Assembly (NCBI GenBank): GCA_963773095.1
Contig: CAVYZY010000013.1
Span: 18,271 to 82,270, forward strand
Direction: 5' to 3'
DNA length: 64,000 nt
DNA from: an uncultured Gemmatimonadales bacterium
GTDB lineage: Bacteria > Gemmatimonadota > Gemmatimonadetes > Gemmatimonadales > GWC2-71-9
Below are positions 1 to 9,072 of this stretch, piece after piece. The notes beneath the pieces were generated by a model. That model ran no database searches, was not told the DNA's origin, and was given only the letters and a program-made list of their open reading frames with translations. The position numbers and the translations under genes were made by a program. The first letter of the stretch is position 1; each line of letters begins with the position of its first letter.

Positions 1-1250
1 AGCCCCGGAATCACGTTGCCGCGGAGGGCACTGATCTTCTCTTCCAGCTCCTTCACCGGCTTGTACTCGTTGGTGAACCGCTGCCGCATGACCCGGAGGC
101 TCGCCTCGGCGTTCGAGAGGCTGTCGAGCGCGCGGCTCAGCTCCGGCGCGCCGCGAACAGCCGGGATCGTACGGAACGCGTCGGTGGACGCCGCCCCCGA
201 CGCGAACTGGCTGAGTGCGGAACCCAGCGCTTCGCGATCGCGCGCGATCGAGTCCACCCTGATCTTCTCGTCGAAATACTGCTTGATCACCGTGGGCTGC
301 GTCATCGTGAGGCCGGCCGCCACCGGAACGTCCGACGGCAGCGTGATCGTCTTGACCCGGAAGCCCTCCAGCGCCTGCTCCGCGTCCCGCAACTGGGTCG
401 CGCTGTACTGGAGTTGCTCCTTGAGCACCGTGGCGGTCTCGCGGAGTTTCGCGCGCTTGAGGTCGGCGGCCAGTTCCACGAACTGCGACGTGAGGCCGTT
501 CACTACATCGGCGGCGCGCTGTGGGTCATCCCCGGACATCGACACCCGCATGAAGTTGCCGTTGTCCGCCATCACCACGCGCAGCTTCTTGAGCAGCAGG
601 GCCGACGCATCGCGGTGCGACGCAACGGTGAACTCCGCCTTCTGGCCCGGCTGCAGCACACTCCGGTCCGGCACCCACGCGAACCCCACTTCCCTGCCCA
701 GCGAGTCTCCGGCGGCCGCACGGGCCACGACGCTTCCGTCGTCCAGGAGGAGGCGCATCGACCCGGACGACGCGTCGCGCTCGATCGTGTAGCGTCCCGG
801 ACGGAAGCGGGGCGCCAGGGTAAATCCCCTGAGCAGCGAGCTGTCGCGCGAGCGGGCGGGCGTCACGAAAAGCGCCTGCCGTTGTACCACCGAGTCGAGC
901 ACCGCGTTCGTACGCAGCAGTTCGACCCACTGCACCGACTTCAACAGTTCCTCGGCCCGCACCGGCCCGTTCTTTTCCACGGGGGTTTCGATGTAGATCG
1001 TCGAGGTGACCGTGTATTCCGGCCTGACGAAGCGGGAGCCCAGGACACTCAACACCGTACCGAGCACCGCGACCACGATCACCAGCCACCGGTACCGCTT
1101 GATCGCGGCAATGAACCGCTCCCACGGGATGCCGGCCTCCGGTTCCTCGAGCGGCGGAAGCTGTCCCTGCCACGGCAGTCCTGCGGCGCCGGGGGCGGTG
1201 AGGGACGCTCCGAGTGCCGGAGTGACGGGACCGGTCAATTCGCTGGCCAT
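1..1250 (-). CDS. Polysaccharide chain-length determinant / EPS transport protein (Wzz-GumC family), N-terminal ~416 codons; the 3' end lies beyond the window start
   Basis: Missing from the ORF track because it is open at the window edge. Hand translation from the ATG at 1250 (AAGGAG just upstream on the minus strand) gives MASELTGPVTPALGASLTAPGAAGLPWQGQLPPLEEPEAGIPWERFIAAIKRYRWLVIVVAVLGTVLSV... This shows the KRYRW motif plus TM helix typical of Wzz domains, followed by a long coiled periplasmic region (..LKRAKLRETATVLKEQLQYSATQLRDAEQALEGFR..). Confidence 0.75.
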   Translation of the reverse strand, partial: MASELTGPVTPALGASLTAPGAAGLPWQGQLPPLEEPEAGIPWERFIAAIKRYRWLVIVVAVLGTVLSVLGSRFVRPEYTVTSTIYIETPVEKNGPVRAEELLKSVQWVELLRTNAVLDSVVQRQALFVTPARSRDSSLLRGFTLAPRFRPGRYTIERDASSGSMRLLLDDGSVVARAAAGDSLGREVGFAWVPDRSVLQPGQKAEFTVASHRDASALLLKKLRVVMADNGNFMRVSMSGDDPQRAADVVNGLTSQFVELAADLKRAKLRETATVLKEQLQYSATQLRDAEQALEGFRVKTITLPSDVPVAAGLTMTQPTVIKQYFDEKIRVDSIARDREALGSALSQFASGAASTDAFRTIPAVRGAPELSRALDSLSNAEASLRVMRQRFTNEYKPVKELEEKISALRGNVIPG

Positions 1251-1315
1251 GCATTCTCCTTGGAATTCCACCCCGTGGCGGGCGGCCTGACGTGCAGCGT
1301 TCGGCGGCGGAAAAT

Positions 1316-1330
1316 CGCAAGACCAGTACC
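1316..1330 (-). promoter_or_regulatory. Candidate sigma-54 (-24/-12) promoter reading toward the Wzz-like gene
   Basis: The minus-strand sequence CGGTACTGGTCTTGC aligns to TGGCACG-N4-TTGC with correct GG-to-GC spacing (8 of 11 fixed positions). It lies 67-80 nt upstream of the ATG at 1250 and next to a sigma-54 activator gene. Confidence 0.35.
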
Positions 1331-1432
1331 GCCCGAACCCCGCCGTATCCCCGGGGTCCAGAATCTCCCAATTGCTTACCCCGGTGGCTGTTAGCCGCTT
1401 CTACCAACCCGGCCGGTGTGGCGCTTTCGCAT

Positions 1433-1447
1433 CGGCATGTTGCTTGC
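1433..1447 (+). promoter_or_regulatory. Candidate sigma-54 (-24/-12) promoter upstream of the activator/kinase operon
   Basis: CGGCATGTTGCTTGC matches TGGCACG-N4-TTGC at 9 of 11 fixed positions with correct spacing. It lies about 90 nt upstream of the start at 1536. Confidence 0.35.
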
Positions 1448-1535
1448 CTGTCGCATGGAGCAGGAATATCGGGCAAACCTGCTTGACGCACGCAACAGGG
1501 GCGGCTAGTGTGACCAGACACCCGTACCGCAATCC

Positions 1536-3077
1536 TTGCAGGCGCAAGACACCCCGGAGAATACGCTGACAAGTCTCATGGAGGTGTCCGAAGCCACCCG
1601 CGACCCGCTGGCCATCCCCGCCGAGGTGAAGGCCAGTATCCGCATTCTCATTATCGACGACGAGCGCACCCTGCGCGAGAGTTGCGCCTCGGTCCTGCAG
1701 GCCGACGGGTACAACGTCACGACGATTGGTCGGGGCGAGGAGGCGCTGGAGACGGTGCGGCGGCGGAAGTTCGACGTCGTCCTCGTCGACCTGTACATGT
1801 CACAGGTCAGCGGCCTCGACATCCTCAAGGGCATACTCAACGAGAGCAAAGATACAATCGTCGTGGTGATGACTGGCAATCCGAGCGTCACCAGCAGCAT
1901 CGAGGCGCTGCGGATGGGGGCCTGGGACTACCTCCCCAAGCCGTTCTCGGCCACCCACCTGCACGTCCTCATCGGTCGCGCCTCCCATGCCGTCATGGTC
2001 TCGCGCGAAACCCGCGAGCTCCGCCTCCAGCTGCAGCAGCAGCACGGCAACAGCGACAAGTTCGCCCTCATCGGCATCGCACCGGGCTTCCGCAAGGCGG
2101 TCGAGCTCGCTCGCAAGGTGGCACCGACCGATGCCTCCGTGCTCATCAGCGGCGAAAGCGGCACCGGCAAGGAAGTCATCGCCCAGCTTATTCATCAGTC
2201 GAGCCGCCGAGCCAGCAAGGCGCTCGTGGCCATCAACTGCGCCGCCCTCCCCGAGCAGCTGCTCGAGTCGGAGATGTTCGGCCACCGCAAGGGTGCCTTC
2301 ACCGGCGCCGACCGCGACAAGCCCGGATTGCTCGAAACCGCCAATGGCGGCACGCTCTTCCTCGACGAGCTCACCGAGATGTCGCTGCCGCTCCAGGCCA
2401 AGCTGCTCCGCGTCATTCAGGACGGAGTGGTGCGCCGGGTAGGCAGCGAGCAGTCCGACAGTGTCGTCGACGTCCGGTTCATTTCTGCTACCAACCGGGA
2501 GCCGCTCGAGGCGGTGGAGCAGGGCGTCCTCCGCAACGACCTCTATTACCGGCTCCGGGTGGTGCCAATCAAGCTCCCGCCGCTGCGGCAGCGGCAGGAG
2601 GACATCCCCCTCCTGGCTGCCCATTTCCTCACTTACTACTGGCAACGGCACCGCCAGGTGGGCGAGCGGATCCCCAAGCTGTCCGAGAGCGCCGTGGCGT
2701 TCCTCCGTTCCCGCCCATGGCGCGGCAACGTGCGCGAGTTGCAGAACGTCATCGAGCACGTCGCCGTGCTGGCCGAGCCGGAGCAGGTGATCCAGCCCAA
2801 CGACATTCCGCTGTATGAGGACTCGCCCGACTGGACGCCTCCCGAGCCGGCCGCCGCGACTGCCACCTCCTTCACAGCGGGGATCGACGAGGCGTTCCAC
2901 GCGGCCAAGGACCGGCTCATCGGCCAGTTCGAGCGCGAGTACCTGACCCGGCTCGTCACCCGCGCCGGCGGCAACATGTCCAAGGCGGCGCGACTCGCCG
3001 GCATCGACCGCACCACGCTCTACCGCCTCATGGACAAGCACGGTCTCGCCAAGGCGGACAGCGGGGAATTGGAGTGA
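1536..3077 (+). CDS. Sigma-54-dependent response regulator (NtrC family: REC + AAA+ + Fis-type HTH)
   Basis: REC domain (ILIIDDERTLRE..FDVVLVDLYM). AAA+ sigma-54 interaction domain (GESGTGKEV Walker A, GAFTGA loop, TLFLDEL Walker B). C-terminal HTH (AARLAGIDRTTLYRLM). An alternative start MEVSE lies at 1578. Confidence 0.93.
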   Translation: MQAQDTPENTLTSLMEVSEATRDPLAIPAEVKASIRILIIDDERTLRESCASVLQADGYNVTTIGRGEEALETVRRRKFDVVLVDLYMSQVSGLDILKGILNESKDTIVVVMTGNPSVTSSIEALRMGAWDYLPKPFSATHLHVLIGRASHAVMVSRETRELRLQLQQQHGNSDKFALIGIAPGFRKAVELARKVAPTDASVLISGESGTGKEVIAQLIHQSSRRASKALVAINCAALPEQLLESEMFGHRKGAFTGADRDKPGLLETANGGTLFLDELTEMSLPLQAKLLRVIQDGVVRRVGSEQSDSVVDVRFISATNREPLEAVEQGVLRNDLYYRLRVVPIKLPPLRQRQEDIPLLAAHFLTYYWQRHRQVGERIPKLSESAVAFLRSRPWRGNVRELQNVIEHVAVLAEPEQVIQPNDIPLYEDSPDWTPPEPAAATATSFTAGIDEAFHAAKDRLIGQFEREYLTRLVTRAGGNMSKAARLAGIDRTTLYRLMDKHGLAKADSGELE

Positions 3078-4225
3078 GTTCCAGTACTGCGTCGACGGCA
3101 GCGGCGCCCGGCATCGCCGCCGCCAGCGCCACCCCCGTGTGGGACCACGACGGTCCCCAGCCGACCACCGTGGCGCCCCCGCTCGTCGAGGCCCTTCGCC
3201 AGGCAGTGCTGGAAACCGACGCCGAGTCGAAGCGGCTCCTCCATCATGCCGGTACCGCGGAGGAAATGGCGCAGCTGCTCCGGGATATCGGCAACGCCGT
3301 GCGATCGGGGCTGGTGGAGGACGCCGGCGAGTGCCCCGTGCTGCCGCGCAGCATCCTTGCCCGCGCCCAGTTGGGTCTCCTGCGTGCACGGCTCATCGTC
3401 ATTCTCGAGGGCTGGCCCTCGCCTCTCGACGCGCAGCAGCTCGTTCGCCTCTTCGCTGCACTCGAGCGGGTCAGCGACGCCCTCGAGCTTGACTGGTCCC
3501 AGCAGTTTGCCGGGCGGCTCTCCGGTCATGACGGACTCGAACTCGTGGTTGAGGTGGCCCACGATCTCCGGTCACCCCTCACCTCGATCCTCTTCCTGGC
3601 CGAAACCCTTCAGCGCGGCCGCAGTGGCCCCCTCACCCAGGTGCAGGAGCGGCAGCTCGGCCTCATCTACAGCGCGGCGTTCGGGCTCAGCACCGTGGCA
3701 AGCGATGTCATCGAGCTCGCGCGCGGCGGCGATCGCCTGGTCGACCTCGAACCCATCCCGTTCTCCATCAACGACATCTTTGAGTCCGTTCGCGATATCG
3801 TGCTGCCAATCGCCGAGGAAAAAGGCCTCGCCGTCAACCTCAGCCCGCCCGACCCCGACTTCCGAATCGGCCATCCGGTAGCGCTGAGCCGCGTGCTGCT
3901 CAACCTCACCACCAACGCGCTCAAGTTCACCAACGAGGGCTTCGTCGAGGTTCGCGGCACCAGCCTTGGCGGAGACCGTATCGAGTTCGCCGTGCGCGAC
4001 ACTGGCCGCGGCATCCCGCCTCAGGCAATGGCCACGCTGTACGAGCCATTCCGCCGTCGCCAGCGCCAGGCCGAGTACGCCTTCTCCGGCTCCGGACTCG
4101 GCCTCTCCATCTGCCGTAAGCTGGTTGAGGCGATGAACTCGGCCATGCACGTCGAGACCGAGGCGGGCCAGGGAACCCGCTTCTATTTCGCGCTCGACCT
4201 GCCGCGCGCCAGCCATGGCGGGTAG
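3074..4225 (+). CDS. Cytoplasmic sensor histidine kinase (HisKA + HATPase_c)
   Basis: H-box VAHDLRSPLTSI. N/G boxes LLNLTTNALKFT, RDTGRGI, GSGLGLSICRKLVE. No TM segments. The GTG start overlaps the regulator stop (GTGA), which implies an operon. Confidence 0.88.
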   Translation: MSSSTASTAAAPGIAAASATPVWDHDGPQPTTVAPPLVEALRQAVLETDAESKRLLHHAGTAEEMAQLLRDIGNAVRSGLVEDAGECPVLPRSILARAQLGLLRARLIVILEGWPSPLDAQQLVRLFAALERVSDALELDWSQQFAGRLSGHDGLELVVEVAHDLRSPLTSILFLAETLQRGRSGPLTQVQERQLGLIYSAAFGLSTVASDVIELARGGDRLVDLEPIPFSINDIFESVRDIVLPIAEEKGLAVNLSPPDPDFRIGHPVALSRVLLNLTTNALKFTNEGFVEVRGTSLGGDRIEFAVRDTGRGIPPQAMATLYEPFRRRQRQAEYAFSGSGLGLSICRKLVEAMNSAMHVETEAGQGTRFYFALDLPRASHGG

Positions 4226-4246
4226 CAGGTCGCTGCTCCCCCGCTG

Positions 4247-5326
4247 ATGCCCCGCCTCCTCCACGTTGTCGGCGCCCGGCCGAACTTCATGAAGATGGCG
4301 CCGATCCTTCGTGCGCCCTCGCCGCGTCCGGTCGAGCACATCATCGTGCACACCGGGCAGCATTACGACGCGGCCATGAGCGACGCTTTCTTCCACGACC
4401 TCGCGCTTCCAGCGCCCGACGTCAATCTCGGCATCGGCTCCGGCTCGCACGCGGTGCAGACCGGCAGGATGATGGCCGACCTCGAACCGGTGTTCGACCG
4501 CTACGCCCCCGACTGGATCGTCGTCTACGGCGATGTGAATTCCACGCTCGCCGCGGCGCTGGTGGGGCAGAAGAAGGCCATGAAGGTGGCGCACGTGGAA
4601 GCCGGGGTGCGCAGCTTCGATCGCTCCATGCCCGAGGAGATCAACCGCGTCCTCACCGACCAGCTCGCCGAGGTCTGCCTTACGCCCGGCGCTTCCGCCG
4701 ATCGCAACCTGCGCCGCGAGGGTATTCCCGACGAGCGCATCCGCGCGGTCGGAAATGTCATGGTCGACACCCTGCTGGCACTCCGTCCCAGTGCCGCGCA
4801 GCTCGGCGTGCCCGCGCAGATGGGCGTCGCCTCCGGCGACTACGCGGTCGCGACGTTTCATCGTGCCGGCAACGTCGATGATCCCGCCACGCTCGCGGCT
4901 CTCCTTGCCGGCTTGAGTCATGTGGCCCGCGCCATGCCGGTGCTGTTCCTGGTGCATCCCCGCACCCGCCAGCGAATCAGGGACTTTGGGCTGGAGGACA
5001 AGGCAGCCGGCGTGAGGCTCCTCGATCCCGTGGGCTACCTCGAGACGGTGGGCCTGGTCGAGCGCGCGGCGCTGGTGCTCACCGATTCCGGCGGCCTCCA
5101 GGTGGAGACCACCATCCTGGGCGTCCCCTGTCTCACCGCCCGCCCCAACACTGAGTGGACCGAGACGATCGAGAGCGGCACCAACCGGCTCGTGGCGCCG
5201 ACGCTCGAGGCGATCAGTGCCGCATTCGCCGAAGTGCGACGGGAGAAGCGCGCCGCTGTCGCTCCGCCCCGCCCGCCCCTCTGGGATGGGCACAGCGCAG
5301 AACGGATCGTCGCGCTGCTGATGTAA
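4247..5326 (+). CDS. wecB: UDP-N-acetylglucosamine 2-epimerase (non-hydrolysing)
   Basis: N-terminus HVVGARPNFMKMAPI, plus HTGQHYD..MSD.FF.DL.LP.PD.NLGIGSGSHA.QT and DSGG.Q.E. These are typical WecB/MnaA motifs over the full length (359 aa). Confidence 0.93.
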   Translation: MPRLLHVVGARPNFMKMAPILRAPSPRPVEHIIVHTGQHYDAAMSDAFFHDLALPAPDVNLGIGSGSHAVQTGRMMADLEPVFDRYAPDWIVVYGDVNSTLAAALVGQKKAMKVAHVEAGVRSFDRSMPEEINRVLTDQLAEVCLTPGASADRNLRREGIPDERIRAVGNVMVDTLLALRPSAAQLGVPAQMGVASGDYAVATFHRAGNVDDPATLAALLAGLSHVARAMPVLFLVHPRTRQRIRDFGLEDKAAGVRLLDPVGYLETVGLVERAALVLTDSGGLQVETTILGVPCLTARPNTEWTETIESGTNRLVAPTLEAISAAFAEVRREKRAAVAPPRPPLWDGHSAERIVALLM

Positions 5327-5757
5327 GGTTGGACGCCATCGGGAGGGCAGGCGCCAGCTCAGCGAGGGCCGGGTGCCCCTCCGAAAAGGTCTGGCTGCCG
5401 GGTGGACCTGAGCCGGACACCCAGAAACCCGGCCCCGAGGACCTTTGAGGAGGGGCGCCCAGCCCGAGCGAGCGCCAGCGCCTGCCCAGCAGAGGGTGCC
5501 TCGTCCTCCTGTTCCTCGTCCCCTGCCTCCGCTACATTTGGCCCCGATCCCGTTCCAGCGCCTGGCGTTGCCGGGATCGCTCCGCCCGCACCGGACTCGG
5601 GTCACCGCGTGAGCGGCGGATGCGCGCGTCGCCTGGCCATTGGGGCCTCAGGGCGGCGTCGGCATCCGTCGCCGCGGCGACCAAGGGACGGCAGGGTGGC
5701 CGCTCGGTCCAATGGGGATCCAGCGGACGACGCGACCCACAGAGGATTTGACCCTCG

Positions 5758-7383
5758 ATGCCTTCTCACCTGCGGCCGGCCGCCACGCGCGCCGAACCGC
5801 CCGTACACTCGCCCAACGCGGCGCTCCTCATTGACTTCGACAACGTCACCCTGGGAGTCCGCTCCGAGTTCACCAAGGAACTCCGCACCCTCCTCAACAG
5901 CGACATCATCAAGGGCAAGGTCGCCGTCCAGCGCGCCTACGCCGACTGGCGTCGCTACCCGCAGTACATCGTCCCGCTCTCGGAATCATCGATCGACCTT
6001 ATCTTCGCACCGGCCTTCGGCTCGGTGAAGAAGAACGCGACCGACATCCGGCTTGCGATCGATGCCATCGAGCTCGTCTTCACCCGCCCGGAGATCGGCA
6101 CCTTCATTCTCCTCTCGGGCGACAGCGACTTCTCGATGCTCGTCATCAAGCTCAAGGAGTATGGCAAGTACGTCATCGGCGTCGGGATCAGGGAGTCGGC
6201 GAGCGACATACTGATCCAGAACTGCGACGAGTACTTCTCCTACAGCGACCTCGCCGGGCTCACCAAGGAAGCCGACACCCCGTCGGCGCAGCGCGATCCC
6301 TGGGAACTGGTGAAGGAAGCCGCCGCGCAGATGGTGCGGAACGGCGACGTGATGCGCTCCGATCGCCTCAAGCAGGTCATGCAGCAGATCGACTCGAACT
6401 TCGACGAGCGCAATGCCGGCTTCAACCGCTTCAGCAAGTTCGTCACCGAGGCGGGCGGCAAGGGCCTGATCAAGGTTACCAAGCTCGAGAACGGGCAATA
6501 CGAGATCGCCCCGGTAGCGGGCGCGCCGGCGCACGAAGCCCCGGCGTCGAGCCCGAAGGGCGAGGGATCCCGGACTGCCCGCGCCGAGGCGGCGCCTGCG
6601 CGCGGCGAAGCCAAGCCCGACGAATCCCGCGATGGTCGCCGCGGCCGTGGTCGCCGGGGCCGCGGTGGTCGAGGCCGCGATCGGGAGCGCACCGAGGAGG
6701 GTGGCACTGCGCCCGCGGAGCAGCCGCGCCACGAAACCCGGCACGAGGGCGCCGGCGGCCTGTCGCTCGCGGGTGCGTTCAACCTCATGCGCGAAGCGCT
6801 GGCACAACTCGGCGCCGCGGTGGGCCACGAGGCGCTGCGCCTTCGCATGGCGGCCATCCACGGGAAGGATGACGCGATGCTCACCGCCGAGAAGTTTGCC
6901 CGGCTCCTGCGGCAGGCCAACGATGCGGAAGTGGCGGATGTGCGCAAGATCGGCGAGGACGAGTACGAGGTCACGCTCCACCCGACCGAAGACCCACGCG
7001 CCCGTGCCGGCTTCGCGCACCGGCAGGCGGCACCCGCGGCACTGTCCAACGGAGGAGAGCCCGAAACGGCGAGTGGTGGTGACAGCGATGCCGCGCCGGT
7101 CGTGCGCTACGGCGTGCGGTCCCGTCCCGGGACCCGTCCCGGGACGCGCCCGTCCGGGTTGCAGCTGGTCGGCGTGGTCAGTCTCGACGATGTAGCCCCG
7201 GCGGCGGCCCCGGCCGAAGCCGTGGCACCGGTAAAGAAGGGCCGTAGCGGCGCGAAGAAGGCGGAGAAGGCTGCCCCGGCGCCAAAGTCGGAGAAGGTCG
7301 CCAAGGCTGCCGCGAAGGAAGCGCCGGTGAGCGCCCCGAAGCCGCGGCGGCCACCGGCCAAGGCGGCAAAGAAGGCTGAATGA
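5758..7383 (+). CDS. NYN (LabA/PIN-like) nuclease domain protein with two OST-HTH/LOTUS domains, an RGG-rich linker and a Lys/Ala/Pro-rich tail
   Basis: NYN core ALLIDFDNV...ILLSGDSDFSMLVIKLKEYGKYVIGVG. First LOTUS-like segment DPWELVKEAAAQMVRNGD..FNRFSKFVTEAGGKGLIKV. Linker DGRRGRGRRGRGGRGRDRER. Second LOTUS-like segment AFNLMREALAQLG..KFARLLRQANDAEVADVRK. Tail KKGRSGAKKAEKAAPAPKSEKVAKAAAKEAPVSAPKPRRPPAKAAKKAE. Confidence 0.8.
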   Translation: MPSHLRPAATRAEPPVHSPNAALLIDFDNVTLGVRSEFTKELRTLLNSDIIKGKVAVQRAYADWRRYPQYIVPLSESSIDLIFAPAFGSVKKNATDIRLAIDAIELVFTRPEIGTFILLSGDSDFSMLVIKLKEYGKYVIGVGIRESASDILIQNCDEYFSYSDLAGLTKEADTPSAQRDPWELVKEAAAQMVRNGDVMRSDRLKQVMQQIDSNFDERNAGFNRFSKFVTEAGGKGLIKVTKLENGQYEIAPVAGAPAHEAPASSPKGEGSRTARAEAAPARGEAKPDESRDGRRGRGRRGRGGRGRDRERTEEGGTAPAEQPRHETRHEGAGGLSLAGAFNLMREALAQLGAAVGHEALRLRMAAIHGKDDAMLTAEKFARLLRQANDAEVADVRKIGEDEYEVTLHPTEDPRARAGFAHRQAAPAALSNGGEPETASGGDSDAAPVVRYGVRSRPGTRPGTRPSGLQLVGVVSLDDVAPAAAPAEAVAPVKKGRSGAKKAEKAAPAPKSEKVAKAAAKEAPVSAPKPRRPPAKAAKKAE

Positions 7384-7393
7384 GGCTGCGGAA

Positions 7394-8011
7394 GTGAGCC
7401 GTACGCGACGGGCAGCCATGCTGCCCGTTTCGTTTTTTGAGCGCCCCACCGATGTCGTGGCGCGCGAACTCATCGGGCGCACGCTCGTAGCCGGCACCGG
7501 TCCGGAGCGCACCGTGGGCCGCATCGTGGAAACCGAGGCCTACTTCGGCCACCGCGACCCCGCATCTCATGGTTTCGCCCACCGCCGGCACGACCGCAAC
7601 GAGACCCTCTATGCGAAGGCGGGCACCTGGTACGTGTACCTGTCGTACGGCGTGCACTGGTGCGCCAACCTCGTGTGTGAGCGCGAGGCCAACGCGGGTG
7701 CCGTCCTGTTGCGCGCACTCGAGCCGGTCGAAGGGCTGGACGCCATGCGGCGCCGCCGCGGTGGGGTGGAGCGCGACCGCCTGCTCGCCTCGGGCCCCGG
7801 TCGCCTCACCCAGGCCTTCGGCATCGACCGCGCGCTGGATGGCACCCCCATGCGCCGCAGCCAGGTCGTGATCCTTGCCCGCGACCCCGTGGACGTGAAC
7901 GTCGAGGTGAGCTACCGCATCGGCATCACCAAGGCGATCGACTGGCCCCTCCGCTTCACGGAGCGCGGGAGTCGATGGGTGAGTCACTCACGACGGACGA
8001 CGCACGACTGA
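7394..8011 (+). CDS. mpg: DNA-3-methyladenine glycosylase (Mpg/AAG family)
   Basis: FFERPTDVVARELIGRTLV, GRIVETEAYFGHRDPASH, GTWYVYLSYGVHWCANLV and GPGRLTQAFGI are typical of the MPG family. The last ~9 codons are encoded by a heptad repeat. Confidence 0.88.
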   Translation: MSRTRRAAMLPVSFFERPTDVVARELIGRTLVAGTGPERTVGRIVETEAYFGHRDPASHGFAHRRHDRNETLYAKAGTWYVYLSYGVHWCANLVCEREANAGAVLLRALEPVEGLDAMRRRRGGVERDRLLASGPGRLTQAFGIDRALDGTPMRRSQVVILARDPVDVNVEVSYRIGITKAIDWPLRFTERGSRWVSHSRRTTHD

Positions 8012-8018
8012 TGACAAA
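7985..8018 (+). repeat. Heptad-periodic repeat (CACGAC family) overlapping the mpg 3' end and stop
   Basis: cactcac gacggac gacgcac gactgat gacaaat. The mpg stop TGA lies inside the unit gacTGAt. Confidence 0.6.
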
Positions 8019-8022
8019 TGAA

Positions 8023-8052
8023 GAAGGGGCCCGGCTTTCGCCGCGCCCCTTC
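8023..8052 (-). terminator. Hairpin between convergent mpg and the OM protein gene (possible terminator)
   Basis: GAAGGGGC / GCCCCTTC 8-bp stem with a 14-nt loop. On the minus strand it is followed by TTCATTTGTC. Confidence 0.35.
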
Positions 8053-8088
8053 GCGTTGCCCACCCGGGCCCACCAGTTATGTCACGTC

Positions 8089-8763
8089 CTACCGTTGCTC
8101 CACATTGTAGTCCCTCGAGCTTCCCAGCAGCAGCCGCAGGCCCACGCTCCCCGTCATCGTGCTGCCGACGAAGGCGTTGCCCCGTGACGGAGCGGTGTTG
8201 ATCTGGTACTGGCCGAAGATCATGAAGGGGCCGCCCTTGATCTGGAGGCCGCCCACGATCGACGCGAAGCCGGTGCTGGTCAGGTCGTCGACCTGCTGGT
8301 AGAGGGCCGACAGCTCGGCCGGCGTATAGCCGGCGGTGTTCAGTGCCTGTGGGCTCACCGCGTACATGATGCCGCCGCCTACCCCGATGTACGGCTCGAC
8401 CACGCCGCGCCACGGGAAAGCCACCATGTGGAAGGAGAACCGCAGGACGTCGTTGAAAGCGATCTGCTGTGTGCCCGTCGCCGAGCCAGCGTAGGCGATC
8501 GTGGCGACCTCGTTGCTGCCGAGCGCGTCGTCCACCGACACCAGCAGGCCGGTGCGCTTGGCGATGATCATCGTGTTGCCGCCGACCGATGGAATCCACC
8601 CGCGGGTCTGGCCGGTCGTCTGGAAGTTGAAGTAGCTGGCCTGGCCGCCGATGTACCAGCGGTAGTTCGAATAGCCCCGCGGCTTCTGCTGGGCGGCGAG
8701 CGCCGTCGCGCCGACTCCAAGCGCCAGCACTCCCAACGTGATGCTACGCGTGAGCATGCTCAT
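8089..8763 (-). CDS. Outer-membrane beta-barrel protein (small, about 224 aa)
   Basis: Start trimmed to MSMLTRSITLGVLALGVGATALAAQ (signal peptide), with GGAGG 8 nt upstream. Alternating hydrophobic/aromatic strand pattern (YIGGQASYFNF, VEPYIGVGGGIMYAV, GPFMIFGQYQI). The 326-aa track ORF extends the N-terminus without support. Confidence 0.6.
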   Translation of the reverse strand: MSMLTRSITLGVLALGVGATALAAQQKPRGYSNYRWYIGGQASYFNFQTTGQTRGWIPSVGGNTMIIAKRTGLLVSVDDALGSNEVATIAYAGSATGTQQIAFNDVLRFSFHMVAFPWRGVVEPYIGVGGGIMYAVSPQALNTAGYTPAELSALYQQVDDLTSTGFASIVGGLQIKGGPFMIFGQYQINTAPSRGNAFVGSTMTGSVGLRLLLGSSRDYNVEQR

Positions 8764-9072
8764 CCGAACGGCCTCCATGGCGGTGGTACGGGTCCCGAGG
8801 CGCAGTTGCGTCTCGGGTGAACGACTTTGGTCAGTGACTGCGGAGTTCTGCACCGGCGGGCCGTTCCCGCAGCCAGCCTCAACTCCACGCCTGACAAGAT
8901 ATTGTTTGTCAACAGGTTCCGCGAAGGGCCATCCAGCAGGCCCGGGCGACGGACCGCCCCGAATGCACGCCCAATCCTGCATAGTCGCAGTCTCAGGATC
9001 GCGCACACGGCTGCACCAAAGTGCAAAGACCGGGCCTCGGAGGGAAAGTGCCCGGTTTCGAGCGCGCAAAAG

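Noticed and set aside
16-1572. Track ORFs 16-792 (+), 414-1394 (+) and 526-1572 (-)
   Set aside because: All are off-frame relative to the edge-truncated Wzz-like gene (1-1250, minus strand). That gene is missing from the track only because its stop lies outside the window.
3572-5605. 677-aa minus-strand ORF across the kinase and wecB
   Set aside because: Antisense shadow of two well-supported plus-strand genes.
5986-7524. 512-aa minus-strand ORF antisense to the NYN/LOTUS gene
   Set aside because: Shadow-frame composition. The plus-strand frame has recognisable domains.
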